Positions 10,629-20,262 of a DNA stretch of 64,000 nucleotides are shown here, in pieces; positions within the stretch are counted from its first letter, which is position 1; each line of letters starts with the position of its first letter. This stretch comes from Bdellovibrionota bacterium (GTDB lineage Bacteria > Bdellovibrionota_C > UBA2361 > JBIKUX01). The notes below the pieces were generated by a model. That model searched no databases. It had not been told where the DNA came from and saw only the letters and a list, made by a program, of their open reading frames with translations. Both the position numbers and the translations under genes were made by a program. The stretch lies in assembly GCA_044347345.1 (NCBI GenBank), contig JBIKUX010000012.1, forward strand, positions 15,730-79,729, given 5' to 3'.

Positions 10629-11290
10629 AACTTATTTTCTAAGCTGGGATCAACTAATTTCACAAGCCTAACAAATTTTTCGCGACTTCTGTGCTCCGGC
10701 ACCGGAAAGTCTCCCCTAGTGGCATTATCAAAATGAATAAATTCAATTTGACCCCCCTTTAGCTTATCTAGAGCAACAAACCATCGAAACTGCAAGACCG
10801 ATGTTTGACCAATTAACCGAGAAAGAAAGGTGGAGGAAAAACATTCACCCGAAAAAGTTACACTGTTAACTATTGAACCAGAAAATTTTAATGCTGCCCT
10901 CAGATGTTCTGGAAAACCCTCTGGAACGTGCACGCTCCGTTTTACCTTGTATACTAAAGTACCCGTACCAGCGCGAGTCTCCATGTAAGAAGTATGCCAT
11001 GAAAAATACCATGAACCGCCTAGTTTTTTATTACACTCGCTAACATCATCAGCAACATGAATTTCTCCGTGTACGATAAAAAGCGGTGCATTATCTTCTA
11101 AACCAAAACCTTTAATATTTTCAAGCTCCACTCCGTATGCTGCACCAGATGGTAATAATTCCTCGTAAATAAAACCGGCAACATCATTAAGAGCTCCAGG
11201 AATAGTCACCGGTATCTCCATCACAAATTTTCCTGTTCCTCTTGAGGAAAAAAAACGTTTTTTAAAAGTATAGCCAGATATCAGCTCCAT
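10625..11290 (-). CDS. Hypothetical protein
   Basis: 221-aa ORF with strong AGGAGG RBS; no recognised family. Confidence 0.7.
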   Translation of the reverse strand: MELISGYTFKKRFFSSRGTGKFVMEIPVTIPGALNDVAGFIYEELLPSGAAYGVELENIKGFGLEDNAPLFIVHGEIHVADDVSECNKKLGGSWYFSWHTSYMETRAGTGTLVYKVKRSVHVPEGFPEHLRAALKFSGSIVNSVTFSGECFSSTFLSRLIGQTSVLQFRWFVALDKLKGGQIEFIHFDNATRGDFPVPEHRSREKFVRLVKLVDPSLENKF

Positions 11291-11406
11291 ATTACCTCCT
11301 GTGCTCGACTAATAAAAAGACTCTGACAGAATTAGAAAATTCTAACTAGAGTCGATTGAGTGAAGCAAGTTTTTATACACCGTAAGTAGCATAGGCTAAG
11401 ATAAAA

Positions 11407-12792
11407 ATGCTATCAGTAATTTTAGTAGAAAACTCAGGAACAGAGCGCACTGCTTTACTCGATGAAGTAAATTTACTGCTTAGCGAAGTGCGCACTACCA
11501 CTTCTATACTAGCACAAATTAAATTCAACACCGCTACACCCGAAGAACTTCGATTTATTTCACCTCCTGACATAATAATTTTGGGTACCAACTTATGCTT
11601 AAACCACCGTGAAATAGTTGCTAAACTGTGTAAAGAATTTCAGCAAATTAAAAAAATTACAGCTATTCCAAAAACAGCACACTTTCCTAATATTGTAGAT
11701 GAGCTTTTTACAATCGGACTAACTGACGTAAACTGTGGTGCATGGACAACAGAAACTCTTTATACAGCACTTACCAAAGCTTCAAGAGACCAAAAACATC
11801 AAGAAGGTGGCACCATTGTGACCGTTATTGGCACGCAAGGTGGTTTAGGAGCTACAACTCTCACTGCCGCTCTCGGATCTATATCAACAAATTCAAAAGA
11901 AAAAATTACATTAATTGACCTTGATACTGAGTATAGAGCATTAAGTCGATTTCTAAGGGTTCGTCCCCTATTTAATGAGTATCTCGACTTATTGCTGCAA
12001 GGAAACTTACCCTTACGCGAAGACACCGTTGCGCAAGTCCAATTTCAAATTGAATTGTCTGATGGCAAACTATCCTGCGTACCTCCAGCAAGAGACTGTG
12101 GTCACCTTGTAGATATTCACCATAATCAAGCTCGCTTACTATTTTCTATCTTACAAATACTGCACTTATCGTGTGATTTACTTCTTATAGATGCAGCGCT
12201 TGCACGAGGGACTTTTCTTCAAGGACTGCTGAGAGTATCAGATACTGTGATTCTTTTAACAAGTAATGACCCTGCTCTTGTTCCAGCAACTATAGAGCGA
12301 CTTGGTCAAATAAACCGATCAGTAGCTCCTTCTACACAAGTTTTACTTGTAAACGTTGGAAAAAATACTGATGGCCTTCCTCACAGTATTTTACGCGATG
12401 AATACGAACGACTTGGAGGGTTAGATTACGCTGAGTGGTTTTTTCATCCTATACCTTATTGTTCAAAAGCCCGAAGATGGCCTGGTTCTGGCTCCACGGC
12501 TATTTCATATGGTAGTAAGCACTACTGTGAAGCAATGAGAGCTTTAGCGGTAGAAACTCGACTACAAGAATCAACTTACAGCTACCAGTCTATTATACCA
12601 TTTAACAAAAGAATTCTTGAGATGCCCCAAAAAACGCTCTCTTATTTCAAGGATGTATTTCGATCAAGAAGTATTAAACATGAAGATAAAATAATTTCTT
12701 TGCCTCCCATAAGTTTAACTGGAGATTCAACGACTAAAAACGGCAATTTAATGCTGGAAGCAGCTCCAAATAGTGCTCAAAAAAACCAATAA
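11407..12792 (+). CDS. CpaE/TadZ-like pilus localisation protein (pseudo-receiver + MinD/ParA-like domain)
   Basis: Receiver-like N-terminus lacking the phospho-Asp (PDIIILG); deviant Walker A GTQGGLGATT, LIDLD; heads the Tad cluster. Confidence 0.75.
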   Translation: MLSVILVENSGTERTALLDEVNLLLSEVRTTTSILAQIKFNTATPEELRFISPPDIIILGTNLCLNHREIVAKLCKEFQQIKKITAIPKTAHFPNIVDELFTIGLTDVNCGAWTTETLYTALTKASRDQKHQEGGTIVTVIGTQGGLGATTLTAALGSISTNSKEKITLIDLDTEYRALSRFLRVRPLFNEYLDLLLQGNLPLREDTVAQVQFQIELSDGKLSCVPPARDCGHLVDIHHNQARLLFSILQILHLSCDLLLIDAALARGTFLQGLLRVSDTVILLTSNDPALVPATIERLGQINRSVAPSTQVLLVNVGKNTDGLPHSILRDEYERLGGLDYAEWFFHPIPYCSKARRWPGSGSTAISYGSKHYCEAMRALAVETRLQESTYSYQSIIPFNKRILEMPQKTLSYFKDVFRSRSIKHEDKIISLPPISLTGDSTTKNGNLMLEAAPNSAQKNQ

Positions 12793-12805
12793 AAATGGAG
12801 ACAAC

Positions 12806-13021
12806 ATGAAATGTATAAATAAACACTCAAGGTGTAGAAAAAGCAATCGCGAGCATGGTTATAGCATGCTTGAATACGCGGCTGGTGCTGCCATTATTCT
12901 AGCTATTTTATACGGTGCGATGAACCTCCTTGAAGGAGGTGTTACAAATCTTTTTTCATCAATAAGCGACTGGGCTACAAGTCATGGTGACCACTTAAGA
13001 AATCAGCGACCGAATCAATAA
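12806..13021 (+). CDS. flp: Flp family type IVc pilin
   Basis: Basic leader, G|YSMLEY motif, hydrophobic helix; GGAG RBS before ATG at 12806. Confidence 0.88.
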   Translation: MKCINKHSRCRKSNREHGYSMLEYAAGAAIILAILYGAMNLLEGGVTNLFSSISDWATSHGDHLRNQRPNQ

Positions 13022-13042
13022 AGGAATGTTTCAAAAGGTAAA

Positions 13043-13951
13043 ATGGTTAAACGAAAAAGTTCCCTTCAGTTTAAAAGAACTCGAGGCATTCCCTTACCTG
13101 TAGTACTAGTAATCTGTGGGGTATCAATAATCCTTACTATTCTTGTTTTGAAAAAATCGCTACCATCTGTAACCCAATCCTCACAACCTAATACAATCGT
13201 AGTGGGTGAATTTGACACTACTGATGTCATTGTTCCGGCTAGACCAATAGCGGCTGGTGAACAACTAAGTAATGTTCCGATGCTTAAAATAAAATATCCG
13301 CGTCATCAGCTCATTCAAGGAGCATTACAAAGCCTCGATGGCTTTCAAAAAGCTCGAGCTAAAACCTCCCTTCCCGCAAATATTCCCTTAATACCACAAA
13401 ATCTAACAATCAATGATGAAGCATTAAATCAAGTAATTCAGCGCATTCCGCCTGGAATGAGAGCAATGACTGTTAAAGTGGATGCTACGAGCTCTGTCGA
13501 AGGATGGGCAACATCAGGCTCAGTTGTCGACGTAATTATGATAACAAAAGCTGCTACATCAGTTATAGCTGAACGGGTAAGAATCTTATCAACAGAGCAT
13601 AGTACCGATAAGCCAAGCGAACTAGCACCATCAGTATCAGTACCATCTACTGTCACTTTACTCGTCACTCAGGAGCAATGTTTAGCAATTAATACGGCCA
13701 CTCAACATGGTCGACTCGCTTTTGCTTTAAGAAGTCAGGATGATGAGCATAGTTGGCAGGAGCCTCACTTCAAGGCCAGATATCTGGAAAAAAATGACGC
13801 TCTTTCGGGTGATAAGACTAACGTAGCTATCGCTGTTGTAAAAGAGCCTAAGGGTGACTCTCATACCTTCACTCTTATCGATAATCAGTGGCGGAAAGTA
13901 GAAAAAGCTGAAAGTCCCGATAAAATTCTCAGTCAAACTAATCTCGAATAA
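13043..13951 (+). CDS. cpaB: Flp pilus assembly protein CpaB/RcpC
   Basis: N-terminal TM, SAF-like VPARPIAAGE, PGMRAMTVKVD..SSVEGW..GS.VDV, TVTLLVT, LAFALR. Confidence 0.92.
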   Translation: MVKRKSSLQFKRTRGIPLPVVLVICGVSIILTILVLKKSLPSVTQSSQPNTIVVGEFDTTDVIVPARPIAAGEQLSNVPMLKIKYPRHQLIQGALQSLDGFQKARAKTSLPANIPLIPQNLTINDEALNQVIQRIPPGMRAMTVKVDATSSVEGWATSGSVVDVIMITKAATSVIAERVRILSTEHSTDKPSELAPSVSVPSTVTLLVTQEQCLAINTATQHGRLAFALRSQDDEHSWQEPHFKARYLEKNDALSGDKTNVAIAVVKEPKGDSHTFTLIDNQWRKVEKAESPDKILSQTNLE

Positions 13952-13971
13952 TTTTATTGGTAGGCGCTATC

Positions 13972-15381
13972 ATGAAACGAAGTAGGTGGGATAATATCTC
14001 TGAACTTACTCACGATGAAAGTCTTTTGCCGCAACTCAAGCTCACACCACAAATATCTAATTCTGCATCAAAGCAGACAGAAAACAATCTTTATCCAGCT
14101 TTATCTTATTTACTAGATGAAGTTAGGAAAGAATTATCCTTGGTTGGAACATCATTAGATATTGCTACACCAACAACTCTGCTTCTTGAATTAGTCGAGC
14201 GTCAAGCAATTAAATTGAGTCTCGAGCTTACTAACGGAGAAAGAGATTTACTTCTTAAAATTCTTGAAAGAGAACAGGAACATTTTGGCATACTTCAGTC
14301 TCTAATCGATAACACCGATGTAACTGATATAATAGTATCAGACTACCGAGATATAGCTATTCAGCAATGTAGAAACACGATAACTACTGATGCCCATTTT
14401 TCTAGTCAACAAAGCTATGAAGCATTTGTTGAAAAACTTCTTTCTCGCGCCGGAACCTCTTACTCCACAAAAAAGCCAATTGCTGATGGAATGATCGGAA
14501 GTGATGTGCGAATCCATGCTGTACACAGGTCTTTATGTGAATCTGGTCCCTATCTGACTCTGCGTATACATCGTCATCAGAATGTACCACAAAATGCGCT
14601 TGCAAACATGGGCTTCTGCCCGCCTCAGATCGAAAATTATCTTGGAGCTCTTGCTAGTGAGGGTCACACATTTTTAATTGTAGGAGAGGTAGGCACCGGA
14701 AAAACCACACTTGCTCGCGCTCTAGCATCTCACATTCCTGAGAGAGAAAGCATTCTTGTTATCGAAGATACACCAGAAATAAGACTCTACCATCCTCACG
14801 TTCGTTATATACGAACACGCGAATCAAATACCGAAGGAGAAGGTAAAATCGCACCATCCTCATGCATTAGAGCGGGTATGAGAATGGCAATGAACAGAAT
14901 TATTTTTGGAGAGATTCGTGATGCAGAGGCTGCTGAGGCCTTTATTGACGTATGTTCATCTGGTCATCCAGGTATATCTACATTTCATGCTAGAAGCGCA
15001 TCAGAAGCCGTTACCAGGTTAGAACTCCTTTTGGGGCGTTCACAACCAGGCGTAGGTCGTGACATGCTTCTTAATCAAATTGGTACAGCAGTAGAGGTAT
15101 TAATCCATGTAGGCGTTTGCCCGTTAACTAAAGAACGGAGAATTTTTGAAATTCGAGAGATTGGTGGATTTGCTGATGGCGTAGTACGGTATCGAGATAT
15201 TTTTAAGTATCAGTGCATACGAGATTCTCCAACATGGAAACTCACTAGTAGAGCGTCAATGCTTAAAAATGAGGATGGCGGACATTTTTTACAAGGCCTT
15301 CCTCCTCTCCTAACTTTGATTGAAAACGTTAGAGCTAAATCTGAAAGTAAGCTAATTTCTGAAGCTGGAGCAAAAAAATGA
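13972..15381 (+). CDS. cpaF: Tad pilus ATPase CpaF/TadA
   Basis: Walker A GEVGTGKTT, IED..E, Walker B IIFGEIR, His box SGHPG.STFH. Confidence 0.93.
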   Translation: MKRSRWDNISELTHDESLLPQLKLTPQISNSASKQTENNLYPALSYLLDEVRKELSLVGTSLDIATPTTLLLELVERQAIKLSLELTNGERDLLLKILEREQEHFGILQSLIDNTDVTDIIVSDYRDIAIQQCRNTITTDAHFSSQQSYEAFVEKLLSRAGTSYSTKKPIADGMIGSDVRIHAVHRSLCESGPYLTLRIHRHQNVPQNALANMGFCPPQIENYLGALASEGHTFLIVGEVGTGKTTLARALASHIPERESILVIEDTPEIRLYHPHVRYIRTRESNTEGEGKIAPSSCIRAGMRMAMNRIIFGEIRDAEAAEAFIDVCSSGHPGISTFHARSASEAVTRLELLLGRSQPGVGRDMLLNQIGTAVEVLIHVGVCPLTKERRIFEIREIGGFADGVVRYRDIFKYQCIRDSPTWKLTSRASMLKNEDGGHFLQGLPPLLTLIENVRAKSESKLISEAGAKK

Positions 15382-16256
15382 GGTCCATTTTTTATACTCG
15401 GGATTTAAACCGACTCGATATTTTAATGCCTCAACCTGAGCGACTCTCGGGAAATAATGATGAATACAATTACCATAATAGTTACGCTTGTAACCATACT
15501 TATCAAATTTTCAGTATTAATTGGCTAAAGCGATTATGCTTGTACGCTCATTTTTCATATTCATTAGCTTTATCAGTTATAATCAGCAATATTTTTTTCG
15601 GGATAATGGCTTTAGTAATTATACCGTCAATTACACACATTATAGTAATAATAATGGTGATAGTGCTCTTAATCAGTTATTACTATTTAAAGCAACGCTC
15701 AAAAAATCTAACTCTTAAATTTGAGCGAGACTACCCAACTTTTCTTCTATCGCTTGCGTCTGCGGTAAAAACTGGACTCGATCCTCTATCAGCTATTTCT
15801 CACACAACCGAATTATTACCTAATGATGGTATTTTAACTGAAGAATTAAAAAACTTCTTAGCTCGAATAAACAGTTCTTTATCAGAAGAAGAAGCTATTT
15901 TTTTCTTTGGTCAAAACATTAACTTTCCTGACTTATCTTTATTTAGAATAGCTTTATTACTTGCCCGCGGAGAAGGTGCAAGTATTACTGCAGCTCTAGA
16001 ACGTCTCAATCGAATTACCCGTACAAGACAATCTTTTCGTCGCAAAATACGAAGCTCTCTAGCTATGCAACGAATGTCTAGTGTAGGAATCACATTTTGC
16101 TCAATTGGAATTCTTTTCTTTCAGTTTACTACAAATCGGGAAGCTTTTTTGAATTCTCTAGAACATCCAGTAGGAAAGATCGCTTTTTTAATTGGCGGAT
16201 TGCTCCTTATTATTGGTCTGATAAGCATGAATATGATTGGAAGGAATCTAGAATGA
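15378..16256 (+). CDS. tadB: TadB-like platform protein
   Basis: T2SSF-like FL..LASAVKTG, GEGA....L, TM segments; follows cpaF. Confidence 0.82.
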   Translation: MRSIFYTRDLNRLDILMPQPERLSGNNDEYNYHNSYACNHTYQIFSINWLKRLCLYAHFSYSLALSVIISNIFFGIMALVIIPSITHIIVIIMVIVLLISYYYLKQRSKNLTLKFERDYPTFLLSLASAVKTGLDPLSAISHTTELLPNDGILTEELKNFLARINSSLSEEEAIFFFGQNINFPDLSLFRIALLLARGEGASITAALERLNRITRTRQSFRRKIRSSLAMQRMSSVGITFCSIGILFFQFTTNREAFLNSLEHPVGKIAFLIGGLLLIIGLISMNMIGRNLE

Positions 16257-17107
16257 ATTTAATTGTATTACTACTTATTTTAATAGGATTAGCAATCGGC
16301 CTTACTGGTTATTATCGTAAAATAAACAAAGATCTCACTATAATTGAGACTCTTGAGGAACACATACAGCACATCTCTCAACAGAATAAAAGCACGTTTC
16401 TGAATCAGAATTCCATCATTCAAATCAAAGAAAAACAGAAATTATTTGCTAGATTAGCAGGATTTTTAATAATTATATTTTGCTTTATACTAATATTTAA
16501 ACTTTCTATTACATCTGCCTTCGTATCAGCAATTTTACTAATCAGTCTCATAATCCTTATAAATAGTAACTTTCAGAGAAGAGCAGAAAAACAAAAAATG
16601 CAAGCTACTAATGCCATTCTTCCAGCTATTGTTGAGCGTATTGTAATGGCTGTTCATGCAGGGCTTGATATAATTCCAGCGATTGAACGAGTTGTTCAAC
16701 TTGAACGCAAAGAATGTAATATACTTGGTCGAAAACCAGATCCTGTGTCATTTATTCTTGAAAATGTTCTAAACAGATACTACTCAGGAGCTCGTCTTGA
16801 AGAAGCCTTAGAGGAACATGCTCGAAAAAGTGCCTCTATAGCAATTAGGCATGCATTCATTCATCTTGCTATCGCTCACCGAGAAGGAGGAGAAATAATT
16901 ATCCCTCTAAGAGAATTAAGCGATGCAACTCAACTGATGTATCAAGAGGAAATAGAAGAAGCCATTAACACTCTGCCGGTTCGAGCTACCATACCCCTTG
17001 TTTTAACCTTCGCAGGTCTAATACTTTGCTTTCTAGCTACACCTGTTATTCAGGTACTTAATATAAGCCAACGACAAAGTCAGGAGTTATCGCATGAGTC
17101 TCATTAA
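16253..17107 (+). CDS. tadC: TadC-like platform protein
   Basis: LP..VERI.MAVHAGL, EGG.....LR, PLVL..; ATG at 16253 overlaps the tadB stop. Confidence 0.82.
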   Translation: MNLIVLLLILIGLAIGLTGYYRKINKDLTIIETLEEHIQHISQQNKSTFLNQNSIIQIKEKQKLFARLAGFLIIIFCFILIFKLSITSAFVSAILLISLIILINSNFQRRAEKQKMQATNAILPAIVERIVMAVHAGLDIIPAIERVVQLERKECNILGRKPDPVSFILENVLNRYYSGARLEEALEEHARKSASIAIRHAFIHLAIAHREGGEIIIPLRELSDATQLMYQEEIEEAINTLPVRATIPLVLTFAGLILCFLATPVIQVLNISQRQSQELSHESH

Positions 17108-18389
17108 AAGACTTTTTCAAAGAAAACTTCCCTCAAGCTTCGGAGTATTACAAGTCCTTATTACTCCCGCTCGGCTTAATAAGATAGATTCTCTCTGTGA
17201 TGATCGTCGAAATATATTTTCATTGGCATCTCAGTCTCTTGATATGGATGAAAAATACCTAATGGAGATTATTGCAAAACGTATTGGCTATCCATTTATT
17301 GCAGATATAACTGATGATAATTTTCCTTCTGACTTAAGCCTGTTAACCAAAAATGGTAATTTGCTTGAAACATTTCTTTCTAAAGGAGCTATACCAAAAA
17401 TTAGTTACCCAACTGACTCAACCATTACGCCTTTAGTAGAATTAGAAGTAGTAGGCGCTTTTTGTATTGACCCCGCATCTATTGAAAATCTTCTCAATAA
17501 AAAAACCAAAAAAAATATTCATATAACTACATGGCAATCAATAGTAAATTATTTATCATCAACGAACTATTTAAATGAAGAAAAAGATACGAATAGTATA
17601 TCTTCTGAATCCACCACCTCAAATGTTGCTCATCATATTCTTTATCTCATGGGTCTTGAGGTTCTAAAATTTGGAGCGTCAGCCTGCTTTCTTACGTTTA
17701 AGCCACGAAATAATTCTTACGATGACCAAAATATACGACTTGAGCCTGAGTACTCTTTTATAACTAAAGAAGGCGAAAAAGCCCTAGGAACTATTCAAAT
17801 TGAGTCGGCTGTAATACTGGAGCAATATTTATCTTCAAAACACTTTCCACTACATATTACTTTTGAAAAAACAGCTGAAATTGAGAGCTACAGTGAATGC
17901 GAAATTTTACAATTAAATCCGTGCGCATTCGAAATATTTTTCAAACATCCAACACATTCTGCCTTTATTTCTCTCAATAACAATGTCGACAATACCTATC
18001 CTTTTGCTAATCTAACAAAGCGCCGCATTCTCATTATCGAAGATGATTTAAGCTTTGCTGATTTAATAAGTAAATATTTGGGTTCAAATAACTACGAAAT
18101 ATCAATATTAACATCAAGCTCACACATAATCTCCTATCTCGAGGAATTACCCCAGCTTCCCCAAGTCATTGTCTGCGATGTTCACATGCCTAATCTTCGT
18201 GGAGATCAAGTTATCATTCTCCTTGCTCAGCATTCCCTCTTAAGACATATTCCGGTAATTGCGCTTACCTCTGATGAAAGTGTAGAAACCGAAGTTGAAC
18301 TAACACGAATCGGCGCAACCGCTGTTATTCAAAAATCGAAAGATCCTAGAATACTCTGTGCACATATTGATAGGCTTTTTGTCTCTTAG
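17094..18389 (+). CDS. Response regulator: C-terminal REC with GspE/PilB N-terminal-like region
   Basis: REC motifs IIEDD, VCDVHMP, ALTS, QK; N-terminal similarity judged by eye. Confidence 0.75.
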   Translation: MSLIKRLFQRKLPSSFGVLQVLITPARLNKIDSLCDDRRNIFSLASQSLDMDEKYLMEIIAKRIGYPFIADITDDNFPSDLSLLTKNGNLLETFLSKGAIPKISYPTDSTITPLVELEVVGAFCIDPASIENLLNKKTKKNIHITTWQSIVNYLSSTNYLNEEKDTNSISSESTTSNVAHHILYLMGLEVLKFGASACFLTFKPRNNSYDDQNIRLEPEYSFITKEGEKALGTIQIESAVILEQYLSSKHFPLHITFEKTAEIESYSECEILQLNPCAFEIFFKHPTHSAFISLNNNVDNTYPFANLTKRRILIIEDDLSFADLISKYLGSNNYEISILTSSSHIISYLEELPQLPQVIVCDVHMPNLRGDQVIILLAQHSLLRHIPVIALTSDESVETEVELTRIGATAVIQKSKDPRILCAHIDRLFVS

Positions 18390-18483
18390 ACTGTCAAATA
18401 TGGCCCCATTTTCAAACTTCTAAGTAAGCTTAACCAACACGAAATTCATGAAGCTCATATTAACAAACTAAAATTTAAGAGCT

Positions 18484-20262
18484 ATGACAATAATTTTTTC
18501 TTTAATAATTTTAATTACTTTATTGATACTTTGCATAAGCTTGTTGTTGTATGACCGCCGTGTACAAACAAAAGCATTTGAGCATCTGCACGCAAATGTA
18601 ATAGGAGAAAATTTACAACCAATACCTAGCCCTTTTTTTCGATCATCAAAAACTCTTATTGCTCGAATTGGTCGACTAAGAGATCAGATATATCACATCA
18701 CTGAGCAAAGCAAGAATCCAAACCAGTCAATAATTCCATCTCCTTTCAATTCTCTTAGTTCAAAATCATTGGATGAAATTAATATCCAGCTTCTAAAAAG
18801 AGCAAAGGAACGTTTCTTATGTCGTACTGCTATTTTATTTACGACTCATCCAATTACAGATGAGTTTAATCACTTTTTAGTGGGAGCTTCGATTGGGCCT
18901 GTAGTAGATTTTCTTTATAACCAATTTAAAACTAAATCTTTAGCTACCGGTCATTTTACCTCCTCTCCCGGAGATATCTTGGATACTTTTGGATATGGAG
19001 ATACTCTTTGTTACAACTTTCATTTTGAACAATCGGAAAAAAACATAGAATGCCTTTTATGGCTTGGATATCCGCGACATACTTCCCCTTCGATTCTTGA
19101 AAAGCAGTGGGCTCAAGATGTAGCTAATGCTCTTTCAATACACTTATCACTTTTTTCAAATATAAAATCATCTAAGAGTAACAATTCTCTCTCTGGTTCA
19201 GCTAACAAAGAAAAACAAGATATAAGTGATGAATTTGTAGCACACATATCACATGATCTTCGCGCTCCACTTAATAATATAAAAGCTGTTTTACATCTTT
19301 TAGATCTTCAGATTAACGATAATGACACTCGAGATCTTATCAATCTAGCACTTTCTAACTGTGGTCAATTACGAGATCTGATTAGTAATGTTCTCGATTT
19401 ATATAAACATGAAAAACAAAGTCTTCTTCCATCAGTTATTGAGATAGACTTAAATAAGGTTGTTACAGAGATATCGCAAAGTTTTAAGCCATCTTTTTTA
19501 GCAAAAAATATTAAATATGAGCTTCAAATAGCTCCCGAATCATTGTTTATTCTAGGCGATGAAAATCATTTAATAAGAATACTCACGAATATTATCTCTA
19601 ACTCTCTAAAGTACACTCCATCAAATGGAACAGTAAAAATAAATCTTTCTCAATCATCATTAGATAAAGCCACAGTTATTGTTTCAGACTCTGGGTGTGG
19701 TATAGCGCAAAAAGATCTTGAAAAAATCTTTTTGCCATTTTTTCGTTCTCCTCAAGCTCAAATGGAAGATGGTCTTGGTTTAGGTCTTACATTAACCAAA
19801 GCCCTCGTAGAGCAAAATAATGGGACTATGAAGGTTTCGTCAAAGCTTGGGGAAGGAACTGAGGTATATCTTACTTTTTCACTTCTAAATACTGAACTAT
19901 GCCGTGATCAATCATCTATAATCATAATTGATGATGATGCGGATGCAGCTAGCTCACTGAAGAGGATTCTTGAGATTAGTAATTTATCTGCTGAATGCTG
20001 TAACTCAGTCCAAGAACTGAAGGAAATTATCACATTTTTACGGCCAAAAATTATCATTTCTGACTATTCGCTTGGAGACGGTACGATACACGATATAATC
20101 AACCTAATAGATTTTAATATGATTAATACAAAAATAATTCTTCTTACAGGGGGAGAAGATAAAAGAATTTTGCATAAAGGCATACCTATTATATACTTTC
20201 AGAAGCCTCTCGATCCTCAAGCAATTATAAAAGTTATTAACGAATCTTTAATGCAAGGATGA
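18484..20262 (+). CDS. Hybrid sensor histidine kinase
   Basis: N-terminal TM; SHDLRAPL, NIISNSLKY, DSGCGI, FLPF, GLGLGL; C-terminal REC (IDDD, ISD, LTG, KP). Confidence 0.93.
   Translation: MTIIFSLIILITLLILCISLLLYDRRVQTKAFEHLHANVIGENLQPIPSPFFRSSKTLIARIGRLRDQIYHITEQSKNPNQSIIPSPFNSLSSKSLDEINIQLLKRAKERFLCRTAILFTTHPITDEFNHFLVGASIGPVVDFLYNQFKTKSLATGHFTSSPGDILDTFGYGDTLCYNFHFEQSEKNIECLLWLGYPRHTSPSILEKQWAQDVANALSIHLSLFSNIKSSKSNNSLSGSANKEKQDISDEFVAHISHDLRAPLNNIKAVLHLLDLQINDNDTRDLINLALSNCGQLRDLISNVLDLYKHEKQSLLPSVIEIDLNKVVTEISQSFKPSFLAKNIKYELQIAPESLFILGDENHLIRILTNIISNSLKYTPSNGTVKINLSQSSLDKATVIVSDSGCGIAQKDLEKIFLPFFRSPQAQMEDGLGLGLTLTKALVEQNNGTMKVSSKLGEGTEVYLTFSLLNTELCRDQSSIIIIDDDADAASSLKRILEISNLSAECCNSVQELKEIITFLRPKIIISDYSLGDGTIHDIINLIDFNMINTKIILLTGGEDKRILHKGIPIIYFQKPLDPQAIIKVINESLMQG

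Noticed and set aside
16097-16252. Long TadC N-terminus from the ORF track
   Set aside because: Overlaps tadB by ~160 bp; the ATG at 16253 gives a standard ATGA coupling.
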